From: Pecten maximus
Lineage: Eukaryota
NCBI RefSeq assembly: GCF_902652985.1
Contig: NC_047022.1
Coordinates: forward strand, 39,866,001-39,930,000
Direction: 5' to 3'
Length of the DNA stretch: 64,000 nt
Shown here: piece by piece, positions 41,172 through 53,529 of the stretch
How positions within the stretch are numbered: position 1 is the stretch's first letter
How the letters are laid out: each line of letters opens with the position of its first letter
The notes under the pieces: model-generated
The model's input: the letters and a program-made list of their open reading frames with translations, nothing else
Databases searched by the model: none
What the model was told of the DNA's origin: nothing
Position numbers and translations under genes: made by a program

Positions 41172-44100
41172 TCAACTAGGATCTGCACTGTTACACACCC
41201 CTGCTTCTGTTATCACACAGCTTACACTGGAGTTCGTTTTCTGAAACATGAAAATAGTAATTTAATCATGTATTTAACAAGGCATCTCGAGCAATACCAA
41301 TCTCCAGGCTATTCAACATTTAACCAATATGCAACAAACAATAGTAAGAGTTGTCTAATCACAATGTTGAACAGGAAAACGCTGCTAAAAATAACAAGAG
41401 GTAAAAGTTGTGAGGAAGTGTTTGAAGTAACAGAACTATATACAAATGTACATGTATACCCGATAATAAAGAGTGACGATGACAAAATTCATTTATAGTA
41501 TGGTTGACCTCAATTTGTACCCCAGAAGATTGAAATGCAAATTCTTTCAAAAGATCATAGTTGTATATTGTACATTTTAGGAGAAACCGATATAATTAAT
41601 AGTCAAACATATATTTATAGTAATAGAGTAATAGTGATCTCAGTTTTGACCCCAAGAGATTTAAACCAAAATTCGCCCAAAGGATGATGGTTGAGAATAA
41701 GTGTATGGAGATCCAGAACTAGGAGAAAGTTAATGAAGTCAGTAGAACAATGACATTGAAATTCTATTTATAACAACAATGGCCTCAATTTTGACCCCAG
41801 GTGGGTTAAACCTGAACTTGCTTTAGAGATGATGGTTGTGAGTACTTCAATGAATCTAAGGTTAAGGACAATCGGGTAATTCATAAAGTCTGTTGAGCAT
41901 GGACTTCAAAAATCTATTTAAAGTAACAGTGACCTCAATTTGATCCCAGATAGTTGAAATAGCTCTTCGGTATACAAAATAGTTTTTTTTTTCATATAAC
42001 CTCTTTAAAGCATAAATATTATACTGATTATTATTCAAAGGTATAGAGGATAGAAATGTTGAAATGAAAATAAAGAGAATTACCATTTTTGAACTTTTGA
42101 CCAATGAGATTTGCCGTTGTCCATTGTTAGTCGTGATGATGATTCGTGTATGTGGGACATGTGACCAGGTTTTACCAAGGGCGGCTGACCTGGTCCTATC
42201 CCAGTCCCCTCCAACCACATTGTTGGTGATCTGTGAAGACAAGGAAACAATCAAGAAATTTCTGACTGCTGTTAATTATAAATGAATCTCACAGAAACAT
42301 GAATTAAATAGGTGACAGTGTTTCATAAAGACACAGTCACAGGCAATGTTGACAGATATCACTCAAATCCATTTTACAAAGTACCATCAATAATGAATAA
42401 GATTATCTTGTGGAAATAAGTGGTGTAATACAGCAAGTAACTAAAAAAAACTTTAAATTGGAAGGTCAATAGAACTGGACAGGTGCTTTCCCAGAAATTT
42501 AGCTAAATTTAAAATCTTACAGTCCAGTTTTCCAGCACCCCTTATGTCGAGTCCTGGACCATAAAATTTGACAGTCCGTGAATGAGGAGTATATTGAAAA
42601 GCCCACTGTGTAATCTAATTGTATATCAAGTTTGTAAAATTTGGACTTTTATTCTGACAACAGACCTGAATACAAAAACAAAATGATGAAGATTGCAATG
42701 GGCAGAGACAAGTAATTAAGTGGAAGTAAATCACAAAAGCTAAGAGGCCAGGTTCATTAATATATTCTTGTTGGTTTTCACCGTACCTGGGCTTCTCAAG
42801 GATTTCAGAAACAAAAATGTTCACAGAAATTATGTTCACATTACCAGGACAGCTATAGAACAGTCTACTGCCAGTTGTTTTAGCTTTCTGGACAACGTCA
42901 CCATCAATCCATGTCCTACAAGATAAGGTGAATTTTGTTATCTATATACATCAGTAATAGATAAGGGATGGAGCATCAACACAAAGGATTCCGTAAACTT
43001 GTAGGTTTTAATATGTTTACATGTTTCGGATGGCTAGGCCAACCGTCATCAGAACAATTTTACATTGGTAAAAGGATGGCTAAGGTGCAAATTACGGTTC
43101 AACAATCTGATTGTTACATTGTCACGTGATTAAACAATGGTATAATAAAGTGCTGGGAAAAGGCAAAGTAACTTGTGATGGACATAATGGAAATATGTTT
43201 ATGGTTGGGATATTTAAAGATAGAAGATTACTGTTGAATAAAATTACATTAATAGTTTTTAGTTTTGTTGTGATTTAATAACAGAGTCAAAGATGCCATA
43301 AACACTGTAAATAGCGACTTGCGCGTCTCTCAGGTAAGTTGGTTAAATGTGGAATTTAAGGTAGTGTTCTCCTTTCTGAGGCGGATGTTGACGTTGGACG
43401 TCGTCGTGGTGATAACAATTACTTTGACGTCATCGATGTTGTGATTGTCTGATGTAAAATGGCGGGAGTGCATCGGTAGGGTTGGTGTAAAGGGAGGTTT
43501 GCAGGGTACCGTCTTCTAGTTTGGAAATGGTGGTATCTAGAAAGTTTATCTGTGTTTCACTGGCCTCGTGGGTAAATTTGATGGTAGGGTGAAATTCGTT
43601 AAGGTTTCCCAAGAAGGAGTCAAGGGTTTGGTTTGTTTTTGTTTAACGTCCTATTAACAGCCAGGGTCATTTTAAGGACGTGCCAGGTTTTGGAGGTGGA
43701 GGAAAGCCGGAGTACCCGGAGAAAAACCACCGGCCTACGGTCAGTACCTGGCAACTGCCCCACGTAGGTTTCGAACTTGCAACCCAGTGGTGGATGGCTT
43801 GTGATAAAGTGTCGGTACACCTTGACCACTCGGCCACCGCGGCCCCTAAAAGTAAAGTCAAGGGACTCGCTGCTGTGGGTCCAGATGAAAAAAATATGTC
43901 ATCAATATATCGCCAACACACGAGCGGGGACAGGAGTTGTGATTGTAGGAAGGCCGTTTCCAAATGATCCATGAATAAGATGGCGTAATTCGGAGGGAGT
44001 ACTGCAAGTTGTTCATCTTTATTAAGGTTTTTACGGGTTGGCGCTGGTTGATTGGAGGTTTGGATGTGGTAATTGGTTACATTGATGAAAGAGTCCAGAT

Positions 44101-47100
44101 TGGCATTGAGGCCTGGTCGTGGGGTCCAGCCCGAGGTGGGTCTGAATGGGTTGGCAGGTAGCGGTTCTTTATTGTGGAAAAAGAACTTGAGTCTGAGTCG
44201 GCGGAAGAATAAAAGAGAATCCGTGCGGGTTTCTGTTTCCTTGGGCGGGCGTGGTGTTGGGCAGAAGGAAAGACCTCTAGTCAATATAGCCATATAGTAT
44301 AGCGCTGGTCGAAAGGTTTTACTACATACATCAGTGATAATTATAGCAAAATGCTTTTGTCTTTTTTTAATAGAAATCCACTTTACTTAAAGTGGCTGGT
44401 CAATATATCCTAGAAAATTTTGGAAACTTATATCAGCATACAAAAAGATCAATACAGTGATGTGATTTCCCTATATAAACTATAGTAATGTTTAGCCCCT
44501 AAAATATGAAACCCAAGGGTCATGAAATTCACAATTTTGGCAAAGCACCTTTAATTTAGACCAGCTTCTATGCATATTTGGCCATGGAAGGTTTATGTAA
44601 AACATAACTCTTTGTTCAGCGGTTTCTGAGATGTCAAAAATGTAAATTGCTTACGATCAGATGACACAAGATGATGGACAAAGGGTGATTAGAATAGGTC
44701 ACTTGAGACTTTGCCTCGGGCGACATAAAATCTGTCGATGGAATCTGACATACCATCCATTTGCTGACCTCCCAACACAGGGTAAATGACTGATGCTAAG
44801 TTGTCAACCACCAGTAGCTTCATGTTGCTATAGAAACCATCAGTCTGGAACAAACAACAACAGCATAACTTCCCAAAATTAATTAATTGGTTTCAATAAA
44901 AAAAACGTAAAATATATTAAATTTTGCACATTTCACCTGCTTAACAGACATACCTTTACAAAATACACAACAGAACCCTAAAAGTCACCCAAAAACTATG
45001 TCAGAGGAGTTAGGCTACTGTAATACCAGTGAGTGATCAGTTAGTGTCGAAGATGTTCATATAACCTTGAAAAATAACAAAAAAGCCCAATGGGCCTACA
45101 TCTCTCACATGGTATCCACTTCTTTTATAAGTTTCTGCCGTTCATATAATGAAATGAAGTTGTTTATGTGTTATATCTAAAGCTTTAAACATGAGACAAG
45201 GTCTTGTATCATCCCAGGAACCACCATCCAGCTGTCCTGATTGTAGACTTGTAAGTTAATCACAAGTCGTTTGCACAATTTAACTTTTGTGGGGCTCCAT
45301 CCCAGCAACCTATCACTATACTAGCTATTAAATATCCTGATTCTTGGCCTTTTGGCTTTTGAGAAGAAGAAATTTGCAATTAGCACCAGACACTGCACCA
45401 CATCACCAGCTCACTAAGCTCACCTTGCCCTTTGGGATAAGCTTAACAAAAGTTCCAAAATGGATCTTGGCACCCACATTTGAATGATCTTTATTGGTTC
45501 TATGTCAGACTCATCGTCTTTTTAATTTTTCTGATAATTTTTTTTTAATTGAACTGGTGAAACTTTGGACCAAGGGGAACCTACACATGAAACTTGAGGA
45601 ATATCGATTCCCTCAAGTACTTTTTAAGAAATAGCAATAACAAACTTTGATTTTCAAACCAAGAAAGCTGCCTGTCAGTCATTCTATTTTATCAAAATTG
45701 AATTGGCACAACAAGGGACCAAGAGAAACCTACACATGAAGTGTGAGGAATATTCTTCCAGTACTTTTCAAGAAATAGTGATAAACTCCAATTCTCAAAA
45801 TCTAGGATGGCCACCCCTCAGCCATTTTATATTTCTGATCAAAAATCTAGATATAATTGTTACAAATAGGGACCAAGGGAAACCTACACATGAAGTTTGA
45901 GGAATATTCCTCATGTACTTTTCAAGGAATAGTGATAACAAACTTCAACTTTCAAAACCCAAATGGCACAGCTATTGACCAAGGGGAACCTACACATGTA
46001 TTTTGAGGAATATTCCTCCTGTACTTTTCAAGAAATAGCGATAACAAGGATGACGGACGACGGACGCAGGGCGACTTGAATAGCCCACCATCTGATAATG
46101 GTGCCAGTGGGCTTAAAAGCTTACTTTCGAGAATCTGTTCAACTGTATAGAGACCCCCACAAAAGGACCCCAATGATAAAATACCCAGCACAAATTGTTG
46201 TCTTGCTATTACCTTGTCTAAGAAAAGGTCACCACAGACTTTTACAGAAGAAGTTATTATAATTTAGTGATGTGTATTAATGCTGATGTATTTTAAACAA
46301 ATTCCTAAACTATTTCTTTGCTCACATATAACCATACAAGTATCAGGTACCTGTTGTAAAATTTGACATCTAAGGTTTTCCAGTTCTGACAGCAAGGAGA
46401 AGATGTCAAATGCTTGATGACACCTCATTCTCTGGAATGTAGATTCCTGTATTTCCTGTAATCATTGATGGAACCATATCAATACCAATGTCATTTCTGT
46501 GTAAAATGAAATTCTAGCTATATATTTATATCTTCTGATTTGTAAAGTTTTTAGTTAAAAGAGTCAAACTCTAAATTTGAACTGTGAAGTATCAAGTATA
46601 AAGCAAATGTTATGGTGACATTTAGATGAAACTTGTGGGAATTTCCCTTAAAATGGTAGGTTATCTGCTTAGAGAGTGGAAGGTCTCTCATTTGAGTTAG
46701 AGCATGGTAAGGTATTTTTCATACTCCTTACTATTACAGATTGGGAGTGATGAGCAAAGGCATCGTTGGTTTTCTTTGGAGAAAAAAAAATTGTGAAGGA
46801 GGGAGTTTTGTAAAAGAAAAAGTGTACATTATGTAAAAGATAATCTTACTGGCTCAGGATGGTGTTAATCTCTCTTTAGTAGGGTGGTAGAATGTTCTAA
46901 CACTTTAGTTGCAATTTTACTACAGATTCAACCCTTTAGACATTAATTGTTCAGTCATTACCTGTCCTGAATGCTCTGCTATCTGCAGCACTCGTTCAAC
47001 AGACAGAGCTCCACACGTGTCGATATAGTAAACATTCTGTTTTGCTCTACAAATCACTGTACTTGCACAGGTCATACAGAACTACAACCAAAAACAGATC

Positions 47101-49855
47101 ATACTGAATTACAACTAGGTCATACAGAACTACAACAGGAAATAGGTCATACAGAACTACAATAGGAAATAGGTCATACAGAACTACAACTGGAAATAGG
47201 TCATACGTACAGAACTACAACAGGAAATAGGTCATACAGAACTACAACTGGAAATAGGTCATACAGAACTACAACTGGAAATAGGTCATACAGAACTACA
47301 ATAGGAAATAGGTCATACAGAACTACAACCAGAAATAGGTCATACAGAACTACAATAGGAAATAGGTCATACAGAACTACAACAGGAAATAGGTCATACA
47401 GAACTACAACTGGAAATAGGTCATACAGAACTACAACAGGAAATTGGTCATACAGAACTACAACCAGAAATAGGTCATACAGAACTACAACCAGAAATAG
47501 CTAGGTCATACAGAACTACAACAGGAAATTGGTCATACAGAACTACAACCAGAAATAGGTCATACAGACCTAAAAGCAGAGAAAGGTTATACAGAACTAC
47601 AACAGGAAATAGGTAATAAAAAACTAAAATAAAAAATAGGTCATACTTAACTACAACCAGAAATAGATAGTAAAGGATCACAATTACAAATAGATTTTAC
47701 ACAGCTACCATTAGAAATACAGGATCTGTGTCAACACTTGGTTGCTATTTCACCTTGCTTTTAGACAGTATTTATCCAACAATAGGCCCACATTTTGTAA
47801 TAACATACCCATGTCTTCTATTTCAATGAAAATGAAACAGAACAAAAGCTGTTGCTTTGTCTTGCAATAAATTAAGTCAAAGTTGATATGTTAGCTCAAT
47901 TGAATTGGCTAATTGAAAAATAACAACAATATTGTCACTAACCTGTGTTTTACCTGCTGCGATTTCCCCAGCTATTTCTGTCACTTCCCCGGTATATAGT
48001 CCTCCATCTAACAAGTTATCAACTCTGAAATATATAAACTATAAACTAAAACCAAAAACTTCATCAGAAGCCAAAAACCCAGTACACACCCAGACAAAGT
48101 AGTTTAAGTGGTGATATATCTATAAAGATATATAAATGAAAAGTTTGGAGTGATAAATTTTTATCTTACATCATACTGTAAAGTCTACATCACGGTCAAA
48201 TGTTTTTTGGTTGTACATCATTGTATATGATTTATGGTACTATGGAAGCATTGGAAATCAGGATAAATATTCAGTATTAAGTTTATACAATGTAGACTCC
48301 TATATACAACCCCTGAATGCAACAGAATGTATTTACTACACAAAAATTAAGGAATGAAGTTTAATCACATACTTGACTTAAGTTTAATTTATCAGAAACT
48401 TTCATCTTCTTCATCAACAGGCAATCCAAGTCATTGACACATTTATTGATAAGGTGTCAGGTCAAGGATCAGCAAGAGTTTTTAATGCTCTCAATTGGTA
48501 CAACAGTTAGTTAACATATTAAATTCCTTCCAGAAACAAAAAGAGCATGGAAATCAACCAAAAAGCCCCTCCGTTAGAAATTGAAAATAGAAATGAATAT
48601 TAAAACCTTTAGGTTCACATAATGACACATATACATGTTACCTGTTACAGCCCGTGGTCAGAATGGAAATGGATGTCATGGCGGTTTCATACATATCTTT
48701 GCCACTGACTGGAAAAGATGCATTCTGGGCCAACAATACTCTACGCAATGCCAGCAGCTCCTGTCAAAAAAGTATTATCATCTAAAATTGAGTTTTTTGT
48801 GCATTTTCAGGACATTTTTTTAAAAACATTGGTGGAGCGTTATTTTATGTCTTCTTTTCCCATAGTGGAGGGTTACTTTACCACTGCCCTCCCATAGACG
48901 AGGTTAATTTACCCCTACCTTCCCATTGTGGAGGGTTGCTTAACCACTATCCTCCCATAGTGGAGGGTTACTTTACTACTACCTTCCCATAGTGGAGGGT
49001 TACTTTACCCCTACCTTCGAATTCCCATAGTGGACAGTTATTATACACCTACCCTCCCATAGTGGAGGGTTACATTACCACTACCCTCCCATAGTGGAGG
49101 GTTACATTACCCCTACCCTCCCATAGTGGAGGGTTACTTTACCCCTACCCTCCCATAGTGGAGGGTTACTTTACCCCTACCCTCCCATAGTGGAAGGTTA
49201 CTTTACCACTATCCTCCCATAGTGGAGGTTAATTTACCCCTACCTTCCCATAGTGGAGGGTTGCTTTACCACTATCCTCCCATAGTGGAGGGTTACTTTA
49301 CCCCTACCCTCCCATTGTGGAGGGTTATTTTACCACTACCCTCCCATAGTGGAGGGTTACATTACCACTACCCTCCCATAGTGGAGGGTTACATTACCCC
49401 TACCCTCCCATAGTGGAGGGTTACATTACCACTACCCTCCCATAGTGGAGGGTTATTTTACCACTACCCTCCCATAGTGGAGGGTTGCTTTACCACTACC
49501 TTCCCATAGTGGAGGGTTGCTTTACCACTATCCTCCCATAGTGGAGGGTTGCTTTACCCCTACCTTCCCATAGTGGAGGGTTACTTTACCCTCACCTTTC
49601 CAAAGTGGAGGGTTATTTGAATCCTAACATTTAAATAGTAGCCCTAAGACTAACACGAGACTAATGCCATATTTTGTTGACATTGACTGAATAAGTGAAT
49701 TGTGAGTCAACCTTGTACGGTATTTCTGTACTCTGAGATAATGTCTCGATGTCCGCTACAATTAAATCAGAAACCGTCTTGATACCAGCTTCTCGAAGTC
49801 GACCATGAACTGATTCGGTTAGCAATGGATACATTCCAATTCGTATCGCAGACAT
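41172..49855 (-). CDS. RAD51D: DNA repair protein RAD51 homolog 4, ~315 aa
   Basis: Exons 49712-49855, 48642-48760, 47943-48024, 46962-47081, 46351-46455, 44754-44844, 42845-42915, 42084-42230, 41172-41240. Walker A GEIAAGKT, Walker [21 protein letters not shown]-terminal [12 protein letters not shown] and [11 protein letters not shown]. Confidence 0.93.
43014..43056 (-). ncRNA. Minimal type I hammerhead ribozyme of the Penelope-like element
   Basis: Minus strand: UGUU-CUGAUGA-C-GGUUGGC(CUA)GCCAUCC-GAA-ACAUGU-A-AACA. It has the conserved core, a palindromic stem III (ACAUGU), a GUA cleavage triplet and stem I UGUU/AACA. Confidence 0.8.
43627..43846 (-). mobile_element. tRNA-derived V-SINE inserted into the Penelope RT
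   Basis: A box TGGCCGAGTGG, B box GTTCGAAAC, V-domain TTTCTCCGGGTACTCCGGCTTTCCTCC, (CAAA)n tail, 9-bp TSD agtcaaggg; near-identical to the copy at 60358. Confidence 0.85.
44370..46118 (-). mobile_element. Cluster of degenerate Helentron-type elements (~44370-44730, 45075-45450, 45460-46118) flanking RAD51D exon 44754-44844
   Basis: gcccaatgggc hairpin, aagctcac..agctt, (GACG)n, agcccac...gtgggct ends, repeated gaccaaggggaacctacacatg cores. Confidence 0.55.
47069..47668. repeat. 27-bp minisatellite containing a RAD51D acceptor, ~21 copies
   Basis: ggtcatacagaactacaacaggaaata, i.e. minus-strand TATTTCCTGTTGTAG|TTCTGTATGACC. Confidence 0.95.
48859..49616. repeat. 32-bp minisatellite with an internal hairpin, ~23 copies, filling most of RAD51D intron 1
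   Basis: ccctcccatagtggagggttactttaccccta. Confidence 0.95.
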
Positions 49856-50080
49856 TGGGCACGTTTCGAAATACTCCCGCGAAGAAAAAACATAAACATA
49901 GGTTAGAGTAGCCTCCCTTCAAGAACACAACAGGAAGCAAGTTGGTTGTTGACTTCCTCTCACACATGCGTCAGAGAGTCAGCGAACACAAGACGATCGA
50001 TCGGCGACCAGTACTTTCTTCGTAACATGCAAAGGGTACAATGAAAGCTTAACCCGTGGACAATATTATAGGGTAGGTAA
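49856..50080. promoter_or_regulatory. RAD51D promoter with a possible divergent non-coding first exon (SRRM2?)
   Basis: CpG-rich; ETS-like CAGGAAG and CTTCCT sites; plus-strand donor TAG|GTAAGC at 50076. Confidence 0.5.
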
Positions 50081-51122
50081 GCTCACATTATACCACTAAA
50101 ACGTGTGTACTGGCAAATGTTAATTCTAAAAAATAACGCAAGTGGCTAAAGAATGAAACATGAGGTCCACATCAATTGTTTACAATGGAAATATCAGCTG
50201 CTGGACCGTGCCATTCAAATCCCATTAGTACACCAGTCATTGTAATGACTTATAATGACATTTACTGACAGTTTTTCTGGTACAGGATATATGTCCTCTT
50301 CACCATACTCGAACTAATGATGCGGTGAAAGCTAACACAACAGGAGGGAGACGGGCCCAGTTTGTAGTCATACAAACTACAACTGGCTCACCACCTAACC
50401 GTCTGCCAGCCCAAGTCAGCCCAAGTCCGTTGGCCTGGGTTTGAATGTTGTGTTGGTGTAGAAAAGACTCAATTCCAAGAAGTTTTTAACAATAACAACC
50501 AGGCTACACATTTACATTAATAGGCCCAACGTTAACATGACGTTGCACCCCTCTATATACACCAAAGTGATAATGCAAAAACAACCTATCAATCAAAACA
50601 CAGAACACTGACATAGGGACTTGACACAACAATGCATGACTGGTACAAAATACACAACAGGCACTCTGACCTGAAACTAGCTAGCATAGGAATGGGACAT
50701 TAGCTATATATATAGTGGACTCTTACCAAACACATTAACATAGAACACAAAATGTTCAAGAGAAAAACATCCCCTGTTACACAACTTGTATAAATTCAAG
50801 TCACATCAAGACTTCTGATTTGACTTATCCTTAGTCCTGGTCACACATTCACGATATTGACCATGTTGTGGATGCCTTTTTGTATACATACCGGGGAAAA
50901 CCATACCCCATCTTTTCAATTTTGGTAAATAGACGCTGGCATGGAATGTTTAGTGCATATCTAATTTTTTTGAATTTCATGACCCTATAAAAAAATCTAA
51001 ATCGAAAAATTTCTGTGCAAATTGCTTGCCCTTTCCTTGCATGTACAGTAAATTTCAAAAATAATTCAGTTTGAAACGAGAACCAGTCAGATTTAAATCA
51101 GCTGTTACATTGCCACGTAAAC

Positions 51123-51134
51123 TGCGCATGCGTA
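51123..51134. promoter_or_regulatory. NRF1-like site
   Basis: TGCGCATGCGTA in a short CpG-containing patch. Confidence 0.45.
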
Positions 51135-51194
51135 CTACGCCTGAACATCTGAAAGTGCTCCTGTCAAGGTCACGTTTACGTAGCCAAGTAACAC

Positions 51195-52409
51195 CAGGGA
51201 TTTACCTCACATTTTAAAACTGGGAGTCCTTGGGACTGCCAGCCAAAAAAATTGAGGGTCCATGAAAAAATGGGAGTCCACATATTTAACATTGCTGTTT
51301 TTGCTAATAACCCTGCTAAATATAAGTCAGTCAGGCATATTAATGCCATCGTGAATCATAATTAAATGCTTGATGAAATTAATATTTTAAATACCAATTG
51401 TTGAACAATTATCCATTATGTAAGTCTGGTTCCTGTTTGATATGAAAATGAATTAATATTTAATTTAAGTTTCAATAATATATTTATGTATATTATTACA
51501 TGCAGGTAGGTAGGATTTTTTTTATTAAGTATGCATTATGTGATCATTGATAATCACATGTTCTATTGTACTATACAAAATATGATTCATTTGGTGGTTA
51601 GATTATGTTACTGCAGATTCTAATTGGAACAAATGTTATTCTTTTTTATTCTTTTTCTCCAAGTGTTTTGAAATTTCTTTTCAAGAACCTAGATAATTAT
51701 TTCGATAGTAAAAGACTTACAGTTCACTATTTTAAACCAATCATCATAAAATATAATACATGGTGGAATCCATTTCAGAATTTTAAATATTCATTAAAAT
51801 TAATCTGTACAGTGAAGGTTATTTATTTTTTGCGATGATATCTAGATCTGAAATATTATGTATGATTTTAAATCATATTGTCTTGTTTCCCCCAGATATA
51901 CCATGTCTATAACTGTAGTAAAATTTGTTCAATTCCTTTATTATCAAAAAAAAAAAAAACTTGAGAAAGTCTAACTCTTTTCAGAGTTATCTTCCCTGGG
52001 GGAAATAGGTAGTCGGAACGATCATCAGCATCATGCAATTTTTCCTTGATGGATTTTGGCATTAATTTCTTTCAGGTGCCTTTGTCATTTGTCTAACACT
52101 TGATCAAAATGTTTTGCCAACAATTTACCAAGATATAATCACAACAAGGCTATTGAAACGGAAATGCATTTGTTGCTATAAATAGAAACAGGTATTTCCA
52201 AACAGTCAATGTATATTATATTTTTCAAGACCGCTCCAATTTATCAGTGTTAAATGCAAATATAGTATGAATCCATCAAAGACATTGTATCAGGGAAGAC
52301 ACCAGTATGAATAATTGCGTCCCATGGGATGCAGAGGTATCTTATATGAGAGTCCCATGACGTTTTTGGGGAGTAATATACGCAGGAATTTGCGTCCGGT
52401 AAATCCCTG
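51195..52409. mobile_element. Non-autonomous TIR DNA transposon (hAT/P-like termini)
   Basis: Perfect 12-bp TIR CAGGGATTTACC; 7-bp TSD GTAACAC; subterminal GGGAGTCC repeats. Confidence 0.85.
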
Positions 52410-52949
52410 GTAACACCTGATTTTAATCAGATTGAAATGACAACTTGGGTAGCCACTTCTTATTCATACCCTAGAAGTGTTTCCCTGGTCGGGTTCAAGA
52501 ATAGTTTCTGCTGTAGTGCCTGGCGAATGAAAGATTGTAAGATGTGACAAATTTGGAATCTGATCTTTTCTCTTATTTCCAAACAACTTTTTTTCTTTCA
52601 AATGTCACCCTGGACACAGTGCTTTCTTGGCGTTTAGTTGATCTTTCAACCCTGAGTTTATAAAAATAAAATGCTACTCCTGCTAAAGTCTCAGCATTTT
52701 AGGGAGTGAGACAGCAGATTCTCCCAAATTGTCAGTATAATGTAACTCAAATCACAAGCAGACAAACACAAATATTCCACAGCATCCCAAATCATGCACA
52801 TATTTACTATTCCCATGCATCTCGCACACAGGGGAGGTAATCCTTATATGACAATAGTTGTTGAAAAGACCTTTAAACAATACAAGACCAAACTAAAGCA
52901 ATCCTTGGTCCGCATAACCTCAGGTGAAGATCTGGGGTGTGTGGTTGGC

Positions 52950-53170
52950 CATTCCTGCATTGGTTTGTGTTTCTCAGGAAGCTAACAAATTAGCCAGTCT
53001 GTGTGTACTTGTGTCCTTGGGCAAGACATTTTACCCTTATTTAATTGCTGTGGATGGCATGCAACCGGCCTCCTGTATGTTTTTCAGTGAGGTAGCCGCC
53101 AACTACTACAATGATAAACCCTGCTTCAAAATGGCCCTGGCTGTTCATGGGGCGATAAACCCAGCAAGCA
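52950..53170 (+). mobile_element. Degenerate CORE-type SINE
   Basis: gtgtccttgggcaagacattttaccc; its 3' end (aaatggccctggctgtt) resembles the V-SINE tail. Confidence 0.5.
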
Positions 53171-53425
53171 CAAAAAGACCTATATATCACAACAAGGCAT
53201 TCACTAGTCATGGTGGAGTGATCACCAGCCATATATGCGTTTCGATGTGTCACTTGTGAACTATACTTGTTCTTAATTAATTTGTTTTTAGCCTAACCTC
53301 TGATTTGACTTTTCAAATTGCCTTTCGTCTGTCTCTGTTTGTCCTTAAAGTACTCCCTAAATGATTTCTGTTATGGTTTCTGATTGTTAAATAAAGTTGT
53401 GAAATAAATTGCTGTGAGGAAATTA

Positions 53426-53529
53426 CAGTCAAACCTGCTCTAATGACTGCCTGTATATAACGACTGCCTGTCTATAGTGGCCGTTTTTTTTGTCTCCCCT
53501 TGGGCGGTGTTTATAGACAGGTTTGACTG
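53426..53529. mobile_element. Tc1/mariner-pogo-type MITE
   Basis: TIR CAGTCAAACCTG, TA TSD. Confidence 0.8.

Larger units (their letters stand above)
42960..44321 (-). mobile_element. Internally deleted Penelope-like retroelement in a RAD51D intron
   Basis: [66 protein letters not shown]; flanked by an ~18-bp imperfect direct repeat cta(t/c)atacatcagt(a/g)ata at 42942-42959 and 44322-44339. Confidence 0.85.

Noticed and set aside
43430-44293. Functional reverse transcriptase gene
   Set aside because: Large internal deletions, a frameshift after YIDDIF and a SINE insertion.
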